Counted from the stretch's first letter, positions 19,268 to 30,075 are shown. The stretch: DNA of 64,000 nucleotides from Cyanophyceae cyanobacterium (GCA_038321985.1 JBBQFN010000001.1:352001-416000), one strand, 5' to 3'. The notes: generated from the sequence alone by a model not told the origin. A program made the numbers and translations.

Positions 19268-20200
19268 TTAACTGGGGATTACTGGAGTTTGGGGTTGTTT
19301 ATTAATGCGCCAAAGTTTAATGGTTTTATCATCGCCGCCTGTGGCTAAGGTCTGTCCGTCGGGACTAAAGGCGATCGCGAATACATAGCTAGTATGCTCC
19401 CGCAAGGTGGCCCGTTCTTCCCCAGTTTCTACGCACCAAATCTTAATTGTTTTATCACTGCTGGCACTGGCTAAAGAAGTGCCATCGGGACTAAAAGCAA
19501 CGGAGCGAATTCCATCAGAATGTCCGGTTAAAGTATGGATTAATTCCCCGGTTTGGGTATTCCAAAGTTTGACGGTAGAATCCAGACTGCTGCTGGCTAT
19601 CATCTCTCCATTGGGGCTAAATTTGACACATTCAATGGGATTAGAATGGGCCACAATAGTTCGATAACTTTCCCCAATTGCGACATTCCACAGCTTAATG
19701 GTGCGGTCCCAACTGCCACTGGCTAAAGCCCTTCCATCGGGACTAAAGTCAACGGTAACCGTGGGTTTTTCATGACCAATCAGGGTTTGCAGGGCTTGTC
19801 CCGTGACTGCATCCCAGAGTTTAATGGTGCGGTCCCAACTGCCGCTAGCTATGGTTTGACCATCGGGGGAAATTGCCACAGATTCGATCGGTTTACGATG
19901 ACCTGAGAGAGTACGGGTGACTTCGCCAGTGCGAACAGACCAAATCCGGAGGGTCTGGTCTAAGGATCCACTGACGAGCAGTTTTCCATCACTGCGAAAG
20001 GCAATGGAGTTAACAAAATCAGCATGACCAGTCAGAGTCTGACTTTCTGTGCCAATGTGGGGATTCCAAAAGATGATGGTGGTATCGAGAGAGGCACTGG
20101 CTAAGGTATGTCCATCCGGACTAAAAGCCAGGTCAAGAATGGCGGCAGAATGGGCGGTGAGGGTGTGGGTACAAGCCCAGGTGGGAGGGGGGTTTATCAT
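19268..20200 (-). CDS. Stand-alone WD40 repeat protein (7 diverged repeats)
   Basis: Seven GH...FSPDG..LASGS.D.TIKLW units. Confidence 0.93.
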   Translation of the reverse strand: MINPPPTWACTHTLTAHSAAILDLAFSPDGHTLASASLDTTIIFWNPHIGTESQTLTGHADFVNSIAFRSDGKLLVSGSLDQTLRIWSVRTGEVTRTLSGHRKPIESVAISPDGQTIASGSWDRTIKLWDAVTGQALQTLIGHEKPTVTVDFSPDGRALASGSWDRTIKLWNVAIGESYRTIVAHSNPIECVKFSPNGEMIASSSLDSTVKLWNTQTGELIHTLTGHSDGIRSVAFSPDGTSLASASSDKTIKIWCVETGEERATLREHTSYVFAIAFSPDGQTLATGGDDKTIKLWRINKQPQTPVIPS

Positions 20201-20521
20201 GAAAGTTGGCGATCGCGAAAACCTTAAATTTTTCAGAGTGTTGAGTTGGGGGGCGCAATCGATGAATGCTAGAGCTGCTCAACCCATCTCTTTGATTGGG
20301 ACAACGAACCCCAATTTACCCATCCCGTATTCTACTATAGGCCCGTCTAAATGTATTGGATAATTCCTCAAGGTCAGAAAGCTCCAGACTGTAGGAGAGG
20401 CAGTTCATGTACTACTCCTGCGGGAATGATTTAAACTGGCCTATATCGCGAGTTGACTCTGATATAGACCCTAACCTTTCGCGATCACGAGACCCTGTAA
20501 ACTGAATTGGAAGCAATTGGT

Positions 20522-21418
20522 ATGGCAAGAACAATGAACCCTTCTCCCACATTTGATTTTGAGGATGAAAAATTCAAGGCACCCCCATCTAAACTGTTGC
20601 CTTGGTGTCAGATGATTAACCCCAGATTGCATCTGGATGGACTCAAGCCTTATGGGTTAGCTATTAAGCTGGATCAAGTGAATGCATCCGGGTTTACCCC
20701 GGATGAAAATTGGCAGCCTGTAGAACATGAGTTTAGTACCGGAGCACTGGAAACTCTGCTGATCACAACGACTCCCAGAATCCTGATCATTCGTCGAGGT
20801 CCGCTTTGTTTGAAGGACAGAATGAGTGGGGATATATTGGGACGGTTCTCGGATTTTTCGGATGAATTTAAAGCCGATCGCCCCAAATATAAAACTTTTA
20901 CCCGGTATCTGATTTTTTTGGTGGGAGAAAATCAAAAATTGCTACATAAAACTCCGTTACGGTTGACCTTAAGTGGCTCGGTAGGAGCCGGTTTTGGAAT
21001 TGCCTACCGTTCCTCAAAAATGGGTCAATTAACGGGATTTACCGCCGAGTTGGAACAGGCGTATGCGGATTTTCGGAGACAACCCATTGCACCGAAAGGC
21101 CCATTATTCCACGCCCATGGGATTTTTTGTCCTATGTTTGAGGCGGTGGAAAAAGGAGTGGGGAGCGATACGGCATGGGTAGCGGATACAGCGGATTATG
21201 AACATCCCACGGCTAGCAATTTAGCAGATTACATGATTCCGTCTAATTCAGAAGAGTCTAATTTGGTTTGTGAAACTTTTGAGGAATATAAGGACTTTGG
21301 TCAAGAAATTGTGAAAGTAGGGGGGCCAAAGCTGGAGACGTCAAACCCGGGGAACGCGATAGATAGTAGTGCTTATGCTTATGAGGATGAGTTTGAGTAT
21401 CCGGAACCCCCTTATTAA
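20522..21418 (+). CDS. Conserved cyanobacterial hypothetical protein (DUF5895-like), acidic C-terminal tail
   Basis: LPWCQMINP and RYLIFLV..N..LLH..PL.LT motifs recalled from this family. Confidence 0.65.
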   Translation: MARTMNPSPTFDFEDEKFKAPPSKLLPWCQMINPRLHLDGLKPYGLAIKLDQVNASGFTPDENWQPVEHEFSTGALETLLITTTPRILIIRRGPLCLKDRMSGDILGRFSDFSDEFKADRPKYKTFTRYLIFLVGENQKLLHKTPLRLTLSGSVGAGFGIAYRSSKMGQLTGFTAELEQAYADFRRQPIAPKGPLFHAHGIFCPMFEAVEKGVGSDTAWVADTADYEHPTASNLADYMIPSNSEESNLVCETFEEYKDFGQEIVKVGGPKLETSNPGNAIDSSAYAYEDEFEYPEPPY

Positions 21419-21509
21419 GAAAATTAACCAGGGTTAGGTCCCGGAAAATACCCGGGGGAGAGGGGAAATTGAGGCGATCGCCGGGGGGATGATGGGATAG
21501 GCGATCGCC

Positions 21510-21989
21510 CTATTTTGGCTCATCAACGGGGAGATTTTCGGTTTGTAGACCCGTGGCATATTTGACTTTGGTCCCGGCCAAATAAGCCCCCCACAAATTG
21601 GCTCCATCTAAAGTGGCAAAACTGAGGTCCGCCTCGGTTAAATCGGCCATTTTCAAATCTGCATTTCGTAAATCGGCGCGAGTGAAATTGGCACCGGAAA
21701 GATTCGCTCCATCGAGTAGAGCCTTATTCAAATTAGCGCCTTCTAAATTTGCTCCATTGAGAGAGGCTTCTACTAGATGAGCACCTTCTAAATTGGCCCA
21801 ACTCAAATTAGCTTCAGCTAAAGATGCCTGCCGGAGATCCGCACCACGAAGATCGCACCCACTTAAGTTTGCTCCATTCAAGTTGCACTGACTCAGGTCA
21901 ACTTGTTGTAAGTCAGCTTTGCTGAGGTCGATTTCGGGAAAGTTTCGGTCTCCTGCGGTATAGCGATCGATGAGTTCTTTAACGTCCAT
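21510..21989 (-). CDS. Pentapeptide repeat protein
   Basis: Y.AG.RNF N-cap followed by A(N/D)Lxx repeats. Confidence 0.93.
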   Translation of the reverse strand: MDVKELIDRYTAGDRNFPEIDLSKADLQQVDLSQCNLNGANLSGCDLRGADLRQASLAEANLSWANLEGAHLVEASLNGANLEGANLNKALLDGANLSGANFTRADLRNADLKMADLTEADLSFATLDGANLWGAYLAGTKVKYATGLQTENLPVDEPK

Positions 21990-22195
21990 ATTCTATCCCT
22001 AAGAAAGCAGCCTAACTCACTCCTCAGTCTACAAGCAAGGGGACATATTTTTAAGGAAGTTTAAAGGCGATCGCCTTAATTTTCCAGGATGTAGGCAAAT
22101 CTTGACAATTAACCTTAAATATAGGGGCGATTAGTGAATCTTCCCTAGAACAGATAGAACGAATGCGTCAGTGCTCTTTCCTCCTTTGTTCATCT

Positions 22196-22672
22196 TTACG
22201 TCGTTTCGGTCCATTGAGAATAGGGATAGGTAGATAAATTGATGTTAAAGTAGCGCGGGTCATCGGAGACTTCTTGACCAATCCACTCCGGCAATTCAAC
22301 CGCTTGATTTTCGTCGGTGAGTTCGACTTCAGCGACAATTAAACCTTGATTTTCTCCAAAAAATTCATCCACTTCCCAGAGTAACTCTCCCAATTTAATT
22401 TTATATCGGTGTTTTTCAATTAAAGGGGGATTACACAAGTTTCCTAACATGAATTGAGCATCTTCTAGGGGAATCGGGTACTCAAATTCCGCGCGAGAAT
22501 TGCCCTGGGATGGACCTTTAATCGTGAGATATCCTTGCGGACCGACAATTCGTATCCGCACAGTCCGACCCTGACTATTGGCAATATAGCCTTGACGATA
22601 GGGAGTACCTATCCCGAGCGATCGCCATGCTTCATTTTTAACTAAAAATTTCCGTTCAATTTCTGTTGCCAT
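22196..22672 (-). CDS. CYTH domain protein
   Basis: EIERKFLV, RIRI, EFEYPIP, WEVDEF, AEVEL motifs. Confidence 0.93.
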   Translation of the reverse strand: MATEIERKFLVKNEAWRSLGIGTPYRQGYIANSQGRTVRIRIVGPQGYLTIKGPSQGNSRAEFEYPIPLEDAQFMLGNLCNPPLIEKHRYKIKLGELLWEVDEFFGENQGLIVAEVELTDENQAVELPEWIGQEVSDDPRYFNINLSTYPYSQWTETT

Positions 22673-22782
22673 TTTTAGGAATACCCCATGGGATTTTCAA
22701 AATTCTATTTCAAATTAGCCCGCAGCGTCGAAGCGCGGGCTTGGTCCGGATAGCTTCCCGCCTTGAGGTTGAGGGAATTTAT

Positions 22783-23754
22783 TTAATGCGTCGCCAGAAA
22801 GGCGTCCACTTCTTGAGGAAGCGGTTGGGCGGCGATCGCACCCGGTCGAGTTGTCGTTAATGCTCCGACTGCCATTGCATATTTAACTACTTCTTTGGCC
22901 TTACTGGGATCTTCTAAATATTTAACTCCATGAGTACAAACTTGATGAATAAACCCTGAAACAAAGGCATCTCCCGCCCCGGTTGTATCTATAACATCCA
23001 CTGGAAAACTAGAAATAACCCCTTCATTTTCCCCTAGACAATAGGTGCAATTTTTATCTCCAGCGGTGACGAGAACCCCTTCTACATTACCCAGACGATA
23101 CTTAATTGCACCCGCATCAATAGTATCAAACAACCACTCTGCTTCATCATCAGAAATTTTTAAAAAATCAACCCGTTTTATTAAAGATTCAATGATTTGT
23201 TTAGATTCCGAAGGGTCCGACCAAAACATATCTCGACGATTCACGTCAACGGCAATTTTTACATCATATTGTTCGGCCATTTCCAAAGCTCGAAACACCG
23301 CTTTTCTGGAATCAGGGAATGCCAGTTCTAAACTGCCGATAACCAGAAAATCGGCATTAAAAAACAATTCATGAGGTAACTGATTAGCTTGGAGGTGAGT
23401 ATCGGCAAATTCCGTGGTATCCAGTTCCCCAAACCCGGCAAAGCTGCGATCGCCGTCTTCCGAACGCACCACATACACCTTTCTCGTTGGGGCACTCTGA
23501 TGACGCTGCACCCCCGTACAATCAACGCCGATTTCCTTCAGCAGACTCACCAATTCATCTCCGGGTTCATCTTGTCCCACACAGCCAATAAAGGCGGCAG
23601 GAGTGCCCAATTTCACTAACCCAGAGGCTACATTCGCCGGTGCACCTCCCGGGTAAGGAGTCCAGGACTCAACCTCCTCATAAGATTGACCAGGGCGATC
23701 GGCCAAACAGTCGAACAAAATTTCCCCCAAACACAAAACGCGTGGATGAGTCAT
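22783..23754 (-). CDS. PfkB-family carbohydrate kinase (fructokinase-like)
   Basis: GGAPANVA and DTTGAGDAF signatures. Confidence 0.93.
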   Translation of the reverse strand: MTHPRVLCLGEILFDCLADRPGQSYEEVESWTPYPGGAPANVASGLVKLGTPAAFIGCVGQDEPGDELVSLLKEIGVDCTGVQRHQSAPTRKVYVVRSEDGDRSFAGFGELDTTEFADTHLQANQLPHELFFNADFLVIGSLELAFPDSRKAVFRALEMAEQYDVKIAVDVNRRDMFWSDPSESKQIIESLIKRVDFLKISDDEAEWLFDTIDAGAIKYRLGNVEGVLVTAGDKNCTYCLGENEGVISSFPVDVIDTTGAGDAFVSGFIHQVCTHGVKYLEDPSKAKEVVKYAMAVGALTTTRPGAIAAQPLPQEVDAFLATH

Positions 23755-23890
23755 TACTTCACTCCTAGATTTCAACATACGATCCAGCTTACAGGGTACA
23801 AGAAATCTAACCTCTCTCTCAAGTCAGGGATTGGTGACTCTCAAAGCGGATTGAATGCAGAAAATAGGTTTTAAAATTAATTTTTAGGGT

Positions 23891-24436
23891 TTATTCTTGA
23901 TTTTTGGTCTCTTGAATTCCAGCGGCAATCCGTTCGCCAAATTCTGGATCGATATTAGCCAGGGAGAGCATTTGTAAATACTCTTGTTTGGTCAATCCAG
24001 CTGCCTCGATCGCAGCGATCGCAGCGGTTTCAATTTCCCCTTCGATTCGTTGTGACTCTAGGGAGGTTTGGGCCGATAGGAATTCTGGTTGTCGGCCATC
24101 AATTTGACGCAATACCTCTAAATAAGCCCCAACAAACTGAGAGACTTTAGCGGAGGGAATCGTATTTGTGTCGAGGGTTGGCCGACTGGGAGAGGAGTCG
24201 GAGATAGGAGTTGGCAGCGTCAATGATTCCAGACTCTCGGAGGCACTCGCCCCATCCATTCCACAGAACAAGACCAAGGTAAGTATCCCTAAGATTGCCA
24301 CCCATTGCGGCCAGGTTTTAGATAAAAATTTAGGAATAGGAATAATTAAATTTCCAATTCTTTGACTCATCAGTGATTGAATTTTATGAAAAATTTTACC
24401 TACATTCATAGTTTTATAACTCCCTTGATTCATCAT
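23891..24436 (-). CDS. DUF4168-like exported protein
   Basis: Hydrophobic leader; helical domain ending GLT..EY......D. Start codon uncertain. Confidence 0.65.
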   Translation of the reverse strand: MMNQGSYKTMNVGKIFHKIQSLMSQRIGNLIIPIPKFLSKTWPQWVAILGILTLVLFCGMDGASASESLESLTLPTPISDSSPSRPTLDTNTIPSAKVSQFVGAYLEVLRQIDGRQPEFLSAQTSLESQRIEGEIETAAIAAIEAAGLTKQEYLQMLSLANIDPEFGERIAAGIQETKNQE

Positions 24437-24526
24437 GGCTTTATCCCCTCATCCACTGGATAGTTTCCCACACTTCAGACCAAATTTGCCAGGATGGGGA
24501 GTTGTCGTGGCGCGACATAGGTAAGG

Positions 24527-24760
24527 TTTAGGAGGATGCGTCAGGTTAACCTGTTATAGGGCAATCGCCATCAATTCTGGGTCTGACACAGTCTACAGCT
24601 AAAGTTTGGGAGGATGCCTCCGATTAACCCGTTAGGGGCGATATCGCCATCAATTTTGAGTCTGACCCACCCTACAGCTAGAGTTTGGGAGGATGCCTCC
24701 GGTTAACCTGTTATGGGGCGATATCGCCATCAATTCTGGGTTTGACACAGCCTACAGCTA
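24527..24760. repeat. Three tandem 78-79-bp imperfect repeats in the divergent intergenic region before pedR
   Basis: GGAGGATGC...TTAACC.GTTA..GGC.ATATCGCCATCAATT.TG.GT.TGAC.CA..CTACAGCTA units at 24531, 24609 and 24688. Confidence 0.9.
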
Positions 24761-24903
24761 CTTTTCCAGCTTCTCTCATTTTCCCCATTTCCCCGCCTCC
24801 AGATTATTAAAAGACAAGATAAACCGGAAATCTCTGAGATTTAAGACAGATTTCCGATAGAATCATTACAATATAGGTAGATATACAGAGATAGGAAATG
24901 CTT

Positions 24904-25236
24904 ATGGCTGGCGGGGAGTCTCAGACCCATGTAACCCTTTCGGAACGAGAGCTACAAGTGATTGAACTGGTAGCATCTGGTTTAACCAATCAGGATATAG
25001 CAGAATCGCTAGAAATTAGCAAGCGGACAGTTGATAACCATATCAGCAATATTCTGAACAAAACAAAAACTGCAAACCGCGTGGCCTTAGTGCGATGGGC
25101 CTTGCAGTCTGGTAAAGTTTGCATAGATGATGTTAACTGCTGTACCTTACCGCAATTAACCGACGAAGAAGAATCCGAATCAGAACCCATTCATGAATAT
25201 AGTGAAAACGCTCAAGAGATTGAAGACCTAGGCTAA
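24904..25236 (+). CDS. pedR: PedR-type small LuxR-family regulator with acidic C-terminal extension
   Basis: LSERELQVIELVASGLTN...ISKRTVDNHISNIL HTH followed by GKVC.DDVNCC triple-Cys motif. Confidence 0.85.
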   Translation: MAGGESQTHVTLSERELQVIELVASGLTNQDIAESLEISKRTVDNHISNILNKTKTANRVALVRWALQSGKVCIDDVNCCTLPQLTDEEESESEPIHEYSENAQEIEDLG

Positions 25237-25248
25237 GCGATCATTAAA

Positions 25249-25515
25249 ATGGAAGAGTTAAAAACTCAGGGAACCGAAGACAATTTGGTTCAATATGAAA
25301 TTCCAGGACTGCCATTCACGGTGTATCAAGAACTGGCAGCACATCTGCGGCAGGTTCAAGGGGTAGAGGTTGAACTGATTCCTCAAAGCGCCGCAGTGTT
25401 TAATTATCAGGACAGCCAAATTGCCGGCCTGTCGATCCAGTATGGACCGGACCCGGAACCGATGGCAAGTCAACGGGTGGAACAAATCCTAGACTATTAC
25501 CGCGATCGCCGGTAA
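25249..25515 (+). CDS. Conserved cyanobacterial hypothetical protein
   Basis: GLP..VY.ELAAHLRQV.GV and F.Y..SQI.GL motifs; lies between pedR and hisS on the same strand. Confidence 0.7.
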   Translation: MEELKTQGTEDNLVQYEIPGLPFTVYQELAAHLRQVQGVEVELIPQSAAVFNYQDSQIAGLSIQYGPDPEPMASQRVEQILDYYRDRR

Positions 25516-25567
25516 TCTTACTTGGATCATTTTATCTGGGAAAACAGCAGCAATCGAAAAGTAAGCA

Positions 25568-26857
25568 ATGGGCGCAATTCAAGCATTACGAGGAACCCGA
25601 GATATCCTGCCTACGGAGATAGGATATTGGCAAAAAGTAGAAGCCGTTGTCCGAGAAATCCTCGGTAAAGCCAGCTATCGAGAAATTCGGACGCCGGTTT
25701 TTGAACAGACGTCCCTATTTGAGCGTGGCATCGGGGAAGCGACAGATGTCGTGGGTAAGGAGATGTACAGTTTCCAGAGTCGGGGAAAAAAACCCTATTC
25801 GATGACTCTGCGTCCCGAAGGCACTGCCGGAGTAGTTCGCGCCTATATTGAGCAGAAACTGCACGCGGCAGGGGGAGTGCAGCGGTTGTGGTACACCGGA
25901 CCGATGTTCCGCTATGAACGACCCCAGGCGGGACGGCAGCGCCAATTTCATCAAATCGGGGTAGAAGTCTTGGGGAGTGCGGACCCCCGTGCAGATGTCG
26001 AGGCGATCGCGATCGCCTCGGATATTCTGCAAACCTTGGGACTGAAAAACCTGCATTTAGATCTAAATTCCGTCGGTAATAGCGAAGATAGACAACGCTA
26101 TCGAGAGGCCTTAATTGCCTATCTCACCCCCTATCAAGCCGAATTAGACCCCGATTCTCAGGACCGACTGACGCGCAATCCCCTGCGAATTTTAGACAGT
26201 AAAGACAAACGCACCGGAGAAATTGTCCAAGATGCACCGAAGCTGGGAGACTATCTGTGCGAAGCCTCTCAACGGCATTTTGAGCGCGTCCAAAACCTGT
26301 TAACCCAGTTAGGAATTCCCTATCAGTTGAATCATCGCTTGGTGAGGGGATTAGATTATTACAGTCACACGGCTTTTGAAATCATCTCCGATGATTTAGG
26401 TGCACAGGCAACGGTCTGTGGCGGTGGACGTTATGATAATTTGGTCAGCCAATTGGGGGGACCGGATACCCCTGCCGTCGGCTGGGCGATCGGGTTAGAA
26501 CGGTTAATTATCCTATTGCAACAACTGGATACCCTTCCCAATATTCCTTTAGATTTTTATATTGTTTCTCGGGGTGAAGCTGCGGAAGAGAATGCCTTAG
26601 TTTTGGCTCAGAAATTGCGTCATGCCGGGTTTAGCGCCGAAGTCGATTTAAGCGGTAGTGCTTTTGGGAAACAGTTCAAACGAGGCGATCGCTCAGGTGC
26701 CGCTGCTTGTTTGATTTTAGGGGATGAAGAAGCACAGAATCAGACGGTACAAATCAAATGGTTAGGAACCGGAGAACAAAAGGCGATCGGGCAATCGGAC
26801 CTTTTAGCCAACCTTGACGAATTACGCCAACAATTGAAAAGCACCAATCCCCAGTAA
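25568..26857 (+). CDS. hisS: Histidine--tRNA ligase
   Basis: RGTRD, LRPEGTAG, FRYERPQAGRQRQFHQ, LVRGLDYY, GGGRYD motifs. Confidence 0.98.
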   Translation: MGAIQALRGTRDILPTEIGYWQKVEAVVREILGKASYREIRTPVFEQTSLFERGIGEATDVVGKEMYSFQSRGKKPYSMTLRPEGTAGVVRAYIEQKLHAAGGVQRLWYTGPMFRYERPQAGRQRQFHQIGVEVLGSADPRADVEAIAIASDILQTLGLKNLHLDLNSVGNSEDRQRYREALIAYLTPYQAELDPDSQDRLTRNPLRILDSKDKRTGEIVQDAPKLGDYLCEASQRHFERVQNLLTQLGIPYQLNHRLVRGLDYYSHTAFEIISDDLGAQATVCGGGRYDNLVSQLGGPDTPAVGWAIGLERLIILLQQLDTLPNIPLDFYIVSRGEAAEENALVLAQKLRHAGFSAEVDLSGSAFGKQFKRGDRSGAAACLILGDEEAQNQTVQIKWLGTGEQKAIGQSDLLANLDELRQQLKSTNPQ

Positions 26858-27189
26858 TTGTTGTGAGGAAATTATTCCCGGCACCGGCATACACTAAATC
26901 ATTTCCCTTATCGCCAAATAGCACATCGTTCCGGCTGCCACCGACGAGGGTATCCTCTGTTTGTCCGCCACGAAGGGTATTATCTCCGGCTACCGTAAAC
27001 AGGATATCATTGCCTTGATTCCCTCCCATTCATAAAATCATTGCCGAGTCCGCCAACTAAGGTATCCTCTCCTAACTCGCCATAGAGTTGATTATTGCCT
27101 TGATGGGCAAGAATGTAATCATTTCCTTGTCCATCATGCACTCAGTCATCCCCGGGACCGGCATCTATGAAATCATCACCTTGATTGCC
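26855..27189 (-). pseudogene. Remnant of an RTX / hemolysin-type Ca-binding repeat protein
   Basis: GNQGDDFIDAGPGDD*VHDGQGND...GGLGNDFMNG, then a frameshift (GGGAGGGA near 27020-27027) into GNQGNDIL...GDKGNDLV. In-frame TGA at 27142-27144. Confidence 0.8.
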
Positions 27190-27250
27190 AGGGTTATCCC
27201 GTTGTCAAGGCTTCTGAGCTATTATCACATAAAATAGCATTTGTCAAGTG

Positions 27251-27544
27251 TTAAAATAAATCATCAAAAGACGGGGGGAAATCGACTGGGGGCGGGACCT
27301 GGCGATCGGCGTACTCAGAAGGGGGGCGATCGCTACTCCAGGCCCACCAAACACAACCACAGTTGCTACACTCGTAAAACTCCTGCCATTTGCGACGGTG
27401 GTTTTCCGTATAAACCGGCGATCGCCGATTAATCCAAACCCGCTGTGCCTGCATAGACGTAGCGTGGCAGGAAGGGCAGTCGAACTCGTGTGAGTGAACT
27501 GCCTTCGTTGTCCATTCCGGTGGAATTGGCTCAAACGCTTCCAT
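27251..27544 (-). CDS. Small Zn-ribbon-like conserved hypothetical protein
   Basis: CPSC ... CSNC pairs and KWQEFY.C / WWAWSSDRPP motif. Confidence 0.78.
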   Translation of the reverse strand: MEAFEPIPPEWTTKAVHSHEFDCPSCHATSMQAQRVWINRRSPVYTENHRRKWQEFYECSNCGCVWWAWSSDRPPSEYADRQVPPPVDFPPSFDDLF

Positions 27545-27736
27545 GTCTTAAACTTCACTCATTAAGATGGCCGATAGCTGCCCTAATATTCCCTGAGTAG
27601 GTGGGGGAATTTTCCCCATCTACTCCAAAGGAGGAACGAATCACACTATCGTATTCTATTGTAGGATGCCCTGGGCTTTTCTTTGCGAGTTCTCCCAAAC
27701 TCTAAAATACCCAATCTTAACCCTAATTTTCCTCTT

Positions 27737-28345
27737 ATGGATCCATCATCCGAAATTTTCCGCTTGTTAGACATCATGCCTGCATCCGGGCGCATGATGT
27801 GCAAAATCGTCAATAAACCCCAACAATCCACGGCGATCGAGAGTTCATTTCCTCTTCCCTGGGCGAGTGAAAGACCGATTTATATTAATTTTGACCTGTG
27901 GCGCAAATTATCCCGACCTCAGAGAGATTTACTACTTCTAAGAACCGTAAGCTGGCTGTTAGGAGTTAGATGGTTTAAACCCGATTTATATCAAGGCGTC
28001 GTTGTGGCCGGATTGTTAGGTACTATCGTAGAACTGGTTCAAGGGGATGCTGTTGGAATCGTCACTGCTGGAGGTTTAACTGCCCTCGCCGGGGCTCAAA
28101 TTTGGCGAAGCACTCACCGTAGCGATCGCGAAATTGAGGCGGATCAATCGGCGATTCAAATTGCCCTGAGAAGAGGATATAACGAACCTGACGCCGCCAG
28201 ACATCTTCTCAGTGCGATCAAAACTGCCGCTACCTTAGAAGGAAGACCGAGTTTAAATTTCATGGAACTGATCCGCACTCAAAACTTACGGGCGATGGCC
28301 GGAATTTCTGCCGTAGGTATTCCCCAAGACGGAATTCGAGAGTAG
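27737..28345 (+). CDS. DUF3318-like membrane protein
   Basis: RLLDIMPASGRM, QRDLLLLR.V.W, E..AD..AI..A..RGY motifs; two hydrophobic helices. Confidence 0.75.
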   Translation: MDPSSEIFRLLDIMPASGRMMCKIVNKPQQSTAIESSFPLPWASERPIYINFDLWRKLSRPQRDLLLLRTVSWLLGVRWFKPDLYQGVVVAGLLGTIVELVQGDAVGIVTAGGLTALAGAQIWRSTHRSDREIEADQSAIQIALRRGYNEPDAARHLLSAIKTAATLEGRPSLNFMELIRTQNLRAMAGISAVGIPQDGIRE

Positions 28346-28376
28346 GGAAAAGCATAAAATATGAAACTAAAAATTC

Positions 28377-28439
28377 AGAAACTGGGTTTCTTATTTTATT
28401 TTTGTTTCCCTGTCAAAAATTAGGACAGAAACCCGGTTT
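28377..28439. repeat. Solitary AGAAAC(C/T)GGGTTT...AGAAACCCGGTTT inverted-repeat element
   Basis: Same arms as the 15961-16208 units; lies between convergent genes. Confidence 0.65.
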
Positions 28440-28488
28440 GTTGGCACATCACCTGTAAGTCTAGGAGAGTCATTCAGTCCAAAAATTT

Positions 28489-29493
28489 TTATAAGTGGGA
28501 GGGTTCGATAACTTCCCGAATCCGATAAATCGGGCGTTGCTGAGATTCGTGATAAGTTCGCATCAATAATTCAGCCAATAACCCAAAACTAAACAATTGC
28601 ACCCCACCCAAAAGCAGCACTACGGCCAAAATCAGTAATGGGCGATCGCCAATACTTGCCCCAAATCCCAGTTTGAGAATAGTTAAATACAATCCCAATA
28701 AAAAGCCTAACACCATAGAAATAATCCCGAACCCTCCAAAAACGTGCATAGGACGGGTGAGAAACTTCTTCATAAAGAATACAGTTAATAAATCCATCAA
28801 GACGCGAATGGTTCGGCCTAATCCGTACTTGCTTTGACCAAATCGGCGAGGATGATGACGCACAGGAATTTCGACAATTCTGGCCCCTTCAATAAACGCT
28901 AATGCCGGTAAAAATCGATGCAACTCTCCGTAAAGATTCATATCCGCTACTATTTCCTTGCGGTATGCTTTTAAAGAACAGCCATAGTCATGCAATTTTA
29001 CCCCGGTTACTTTGCCAATCATCGCATTGGCAATTTTGGAAGGAAGCAAGCGAGTCAGGGTCGCATCTTGACGATTTTTACGCCAACCACTGACTAAATC
29101 ATAGCCTTCATTTAACTTTGCCACCAATTCGGGAATATCGGCTGGATCATTTTGCAAGTCCCCATCCAAAGTAACAATAATCGGCGATCGCGCACATTTA
29201 AAACCCGCTGCCATTGCCGCAGTTTGACCATAGTTACGGCGCAAAATCACTGCTACAAGGTCATTTCGTCTGAGTGCTTCTTGTTTGAGTACGGCGGTGG
29301 ATCCATCAGTGGATCCATCATCTACACAGATTAGTTCATAATTGAGTTGAGCTTCGGTAAGGCAGTCGGCGATCGCACGGATCAGGTGAGGCAGACTCTC
29401 TACCTCGTTATGAATGGGGACAACCACGGATACATCTAAGGAGGAAAGCGTCGATGGGATGTGGAAAGGTTGCAAAGCCGGTGAAGTTTCCAT
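28489..29493 (-). CDS. GT2 glycosyltransferase (DPM1/ArnC-like)
   Basis: VVVPIHNE, VDDGSTD, RNYGQTAA, DGDLQNDP motifs; two C-terminal TM helices. Confidence 0.93.
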   Translation of the reverse strand: METSPALQPFHIPSTLSSLDVSVVVPIHNEVESLPHLIRAIADCLTEAQLNYELICVDDGSTDGSTAVLKQEALRRNDLVAVILRRNYGQTAAMAAGFKCARSPIIVTLDGDLQNDPADIPELVAKLNEGYDLVSGWRKNRQDATLTRLLPSKIANAMIGKVTGVKLHDYGCSLKAYRKEIVADMNLYGELHRFLPALAFIEGARIVEIPVRHHPRRFGQSKYGLGRTIRVLMDLLTVFFMKKFLTRPMHVFGGFGIISMVLGFLLGLYLTILKLGFGASIGDRPLLILAVVLLLGGVQLFSFGLLAELLMRTYHESQQRPIYRIREVIEPSHL

Positions 29494-30075
29494 TAATCTG
29501 TAATAATCAAACCCAATAGTAGTGTTTCCCTTGGGCCTAAAATCCGTAAGCAAGTGGAATCAATCTGAATTCCAGGAACAGCGAACCCCAAGGACCAAGG
29601 ATCTATTATGACGGCTTTATCCAGTTTTTGAAAGGGTCGATAATTTTATCCCATTAAAACCGGGTCGTCTGTTAGGGCGATCGCATCCCAGTTTAACTGT
29701 CTAAAATCTTTATCCTCCCGTTGAATTCGGCGATTCTCCTCCCGGCTATTTTGGGATAGATTTTACCCCAAAATAAAGCATTTAAGGAGAAGCCATAAAA
29801 TAGCAGATAAAGTTTTGATTTGGATTAGCTTGGATTATTTTTCTATTAGTATAAAATTTGCTTAATCCAGTTAATAGAATTAAAATTAAACCTAGGATAA
29901 AAAATTTGATACCCAATTCAATGAATTGAATAATAATTTTAAGGGAGAGCATCTTGCTCCCGTCAACCCTCTCTTGCAGAAGATTTTCCCTGCTTTTTCC
30001 TTACGTTCTTAAGTCATTAAATCCGGATAATTTTCCTAAATTTACCGCTTTCAGTTGTTAATTAATTCTACTCTC

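Noticed and set aside
24527..24760. Possible CRISPR array
   Set aside because: The whole 78-bp unit is repeated; there are no unique spacers.
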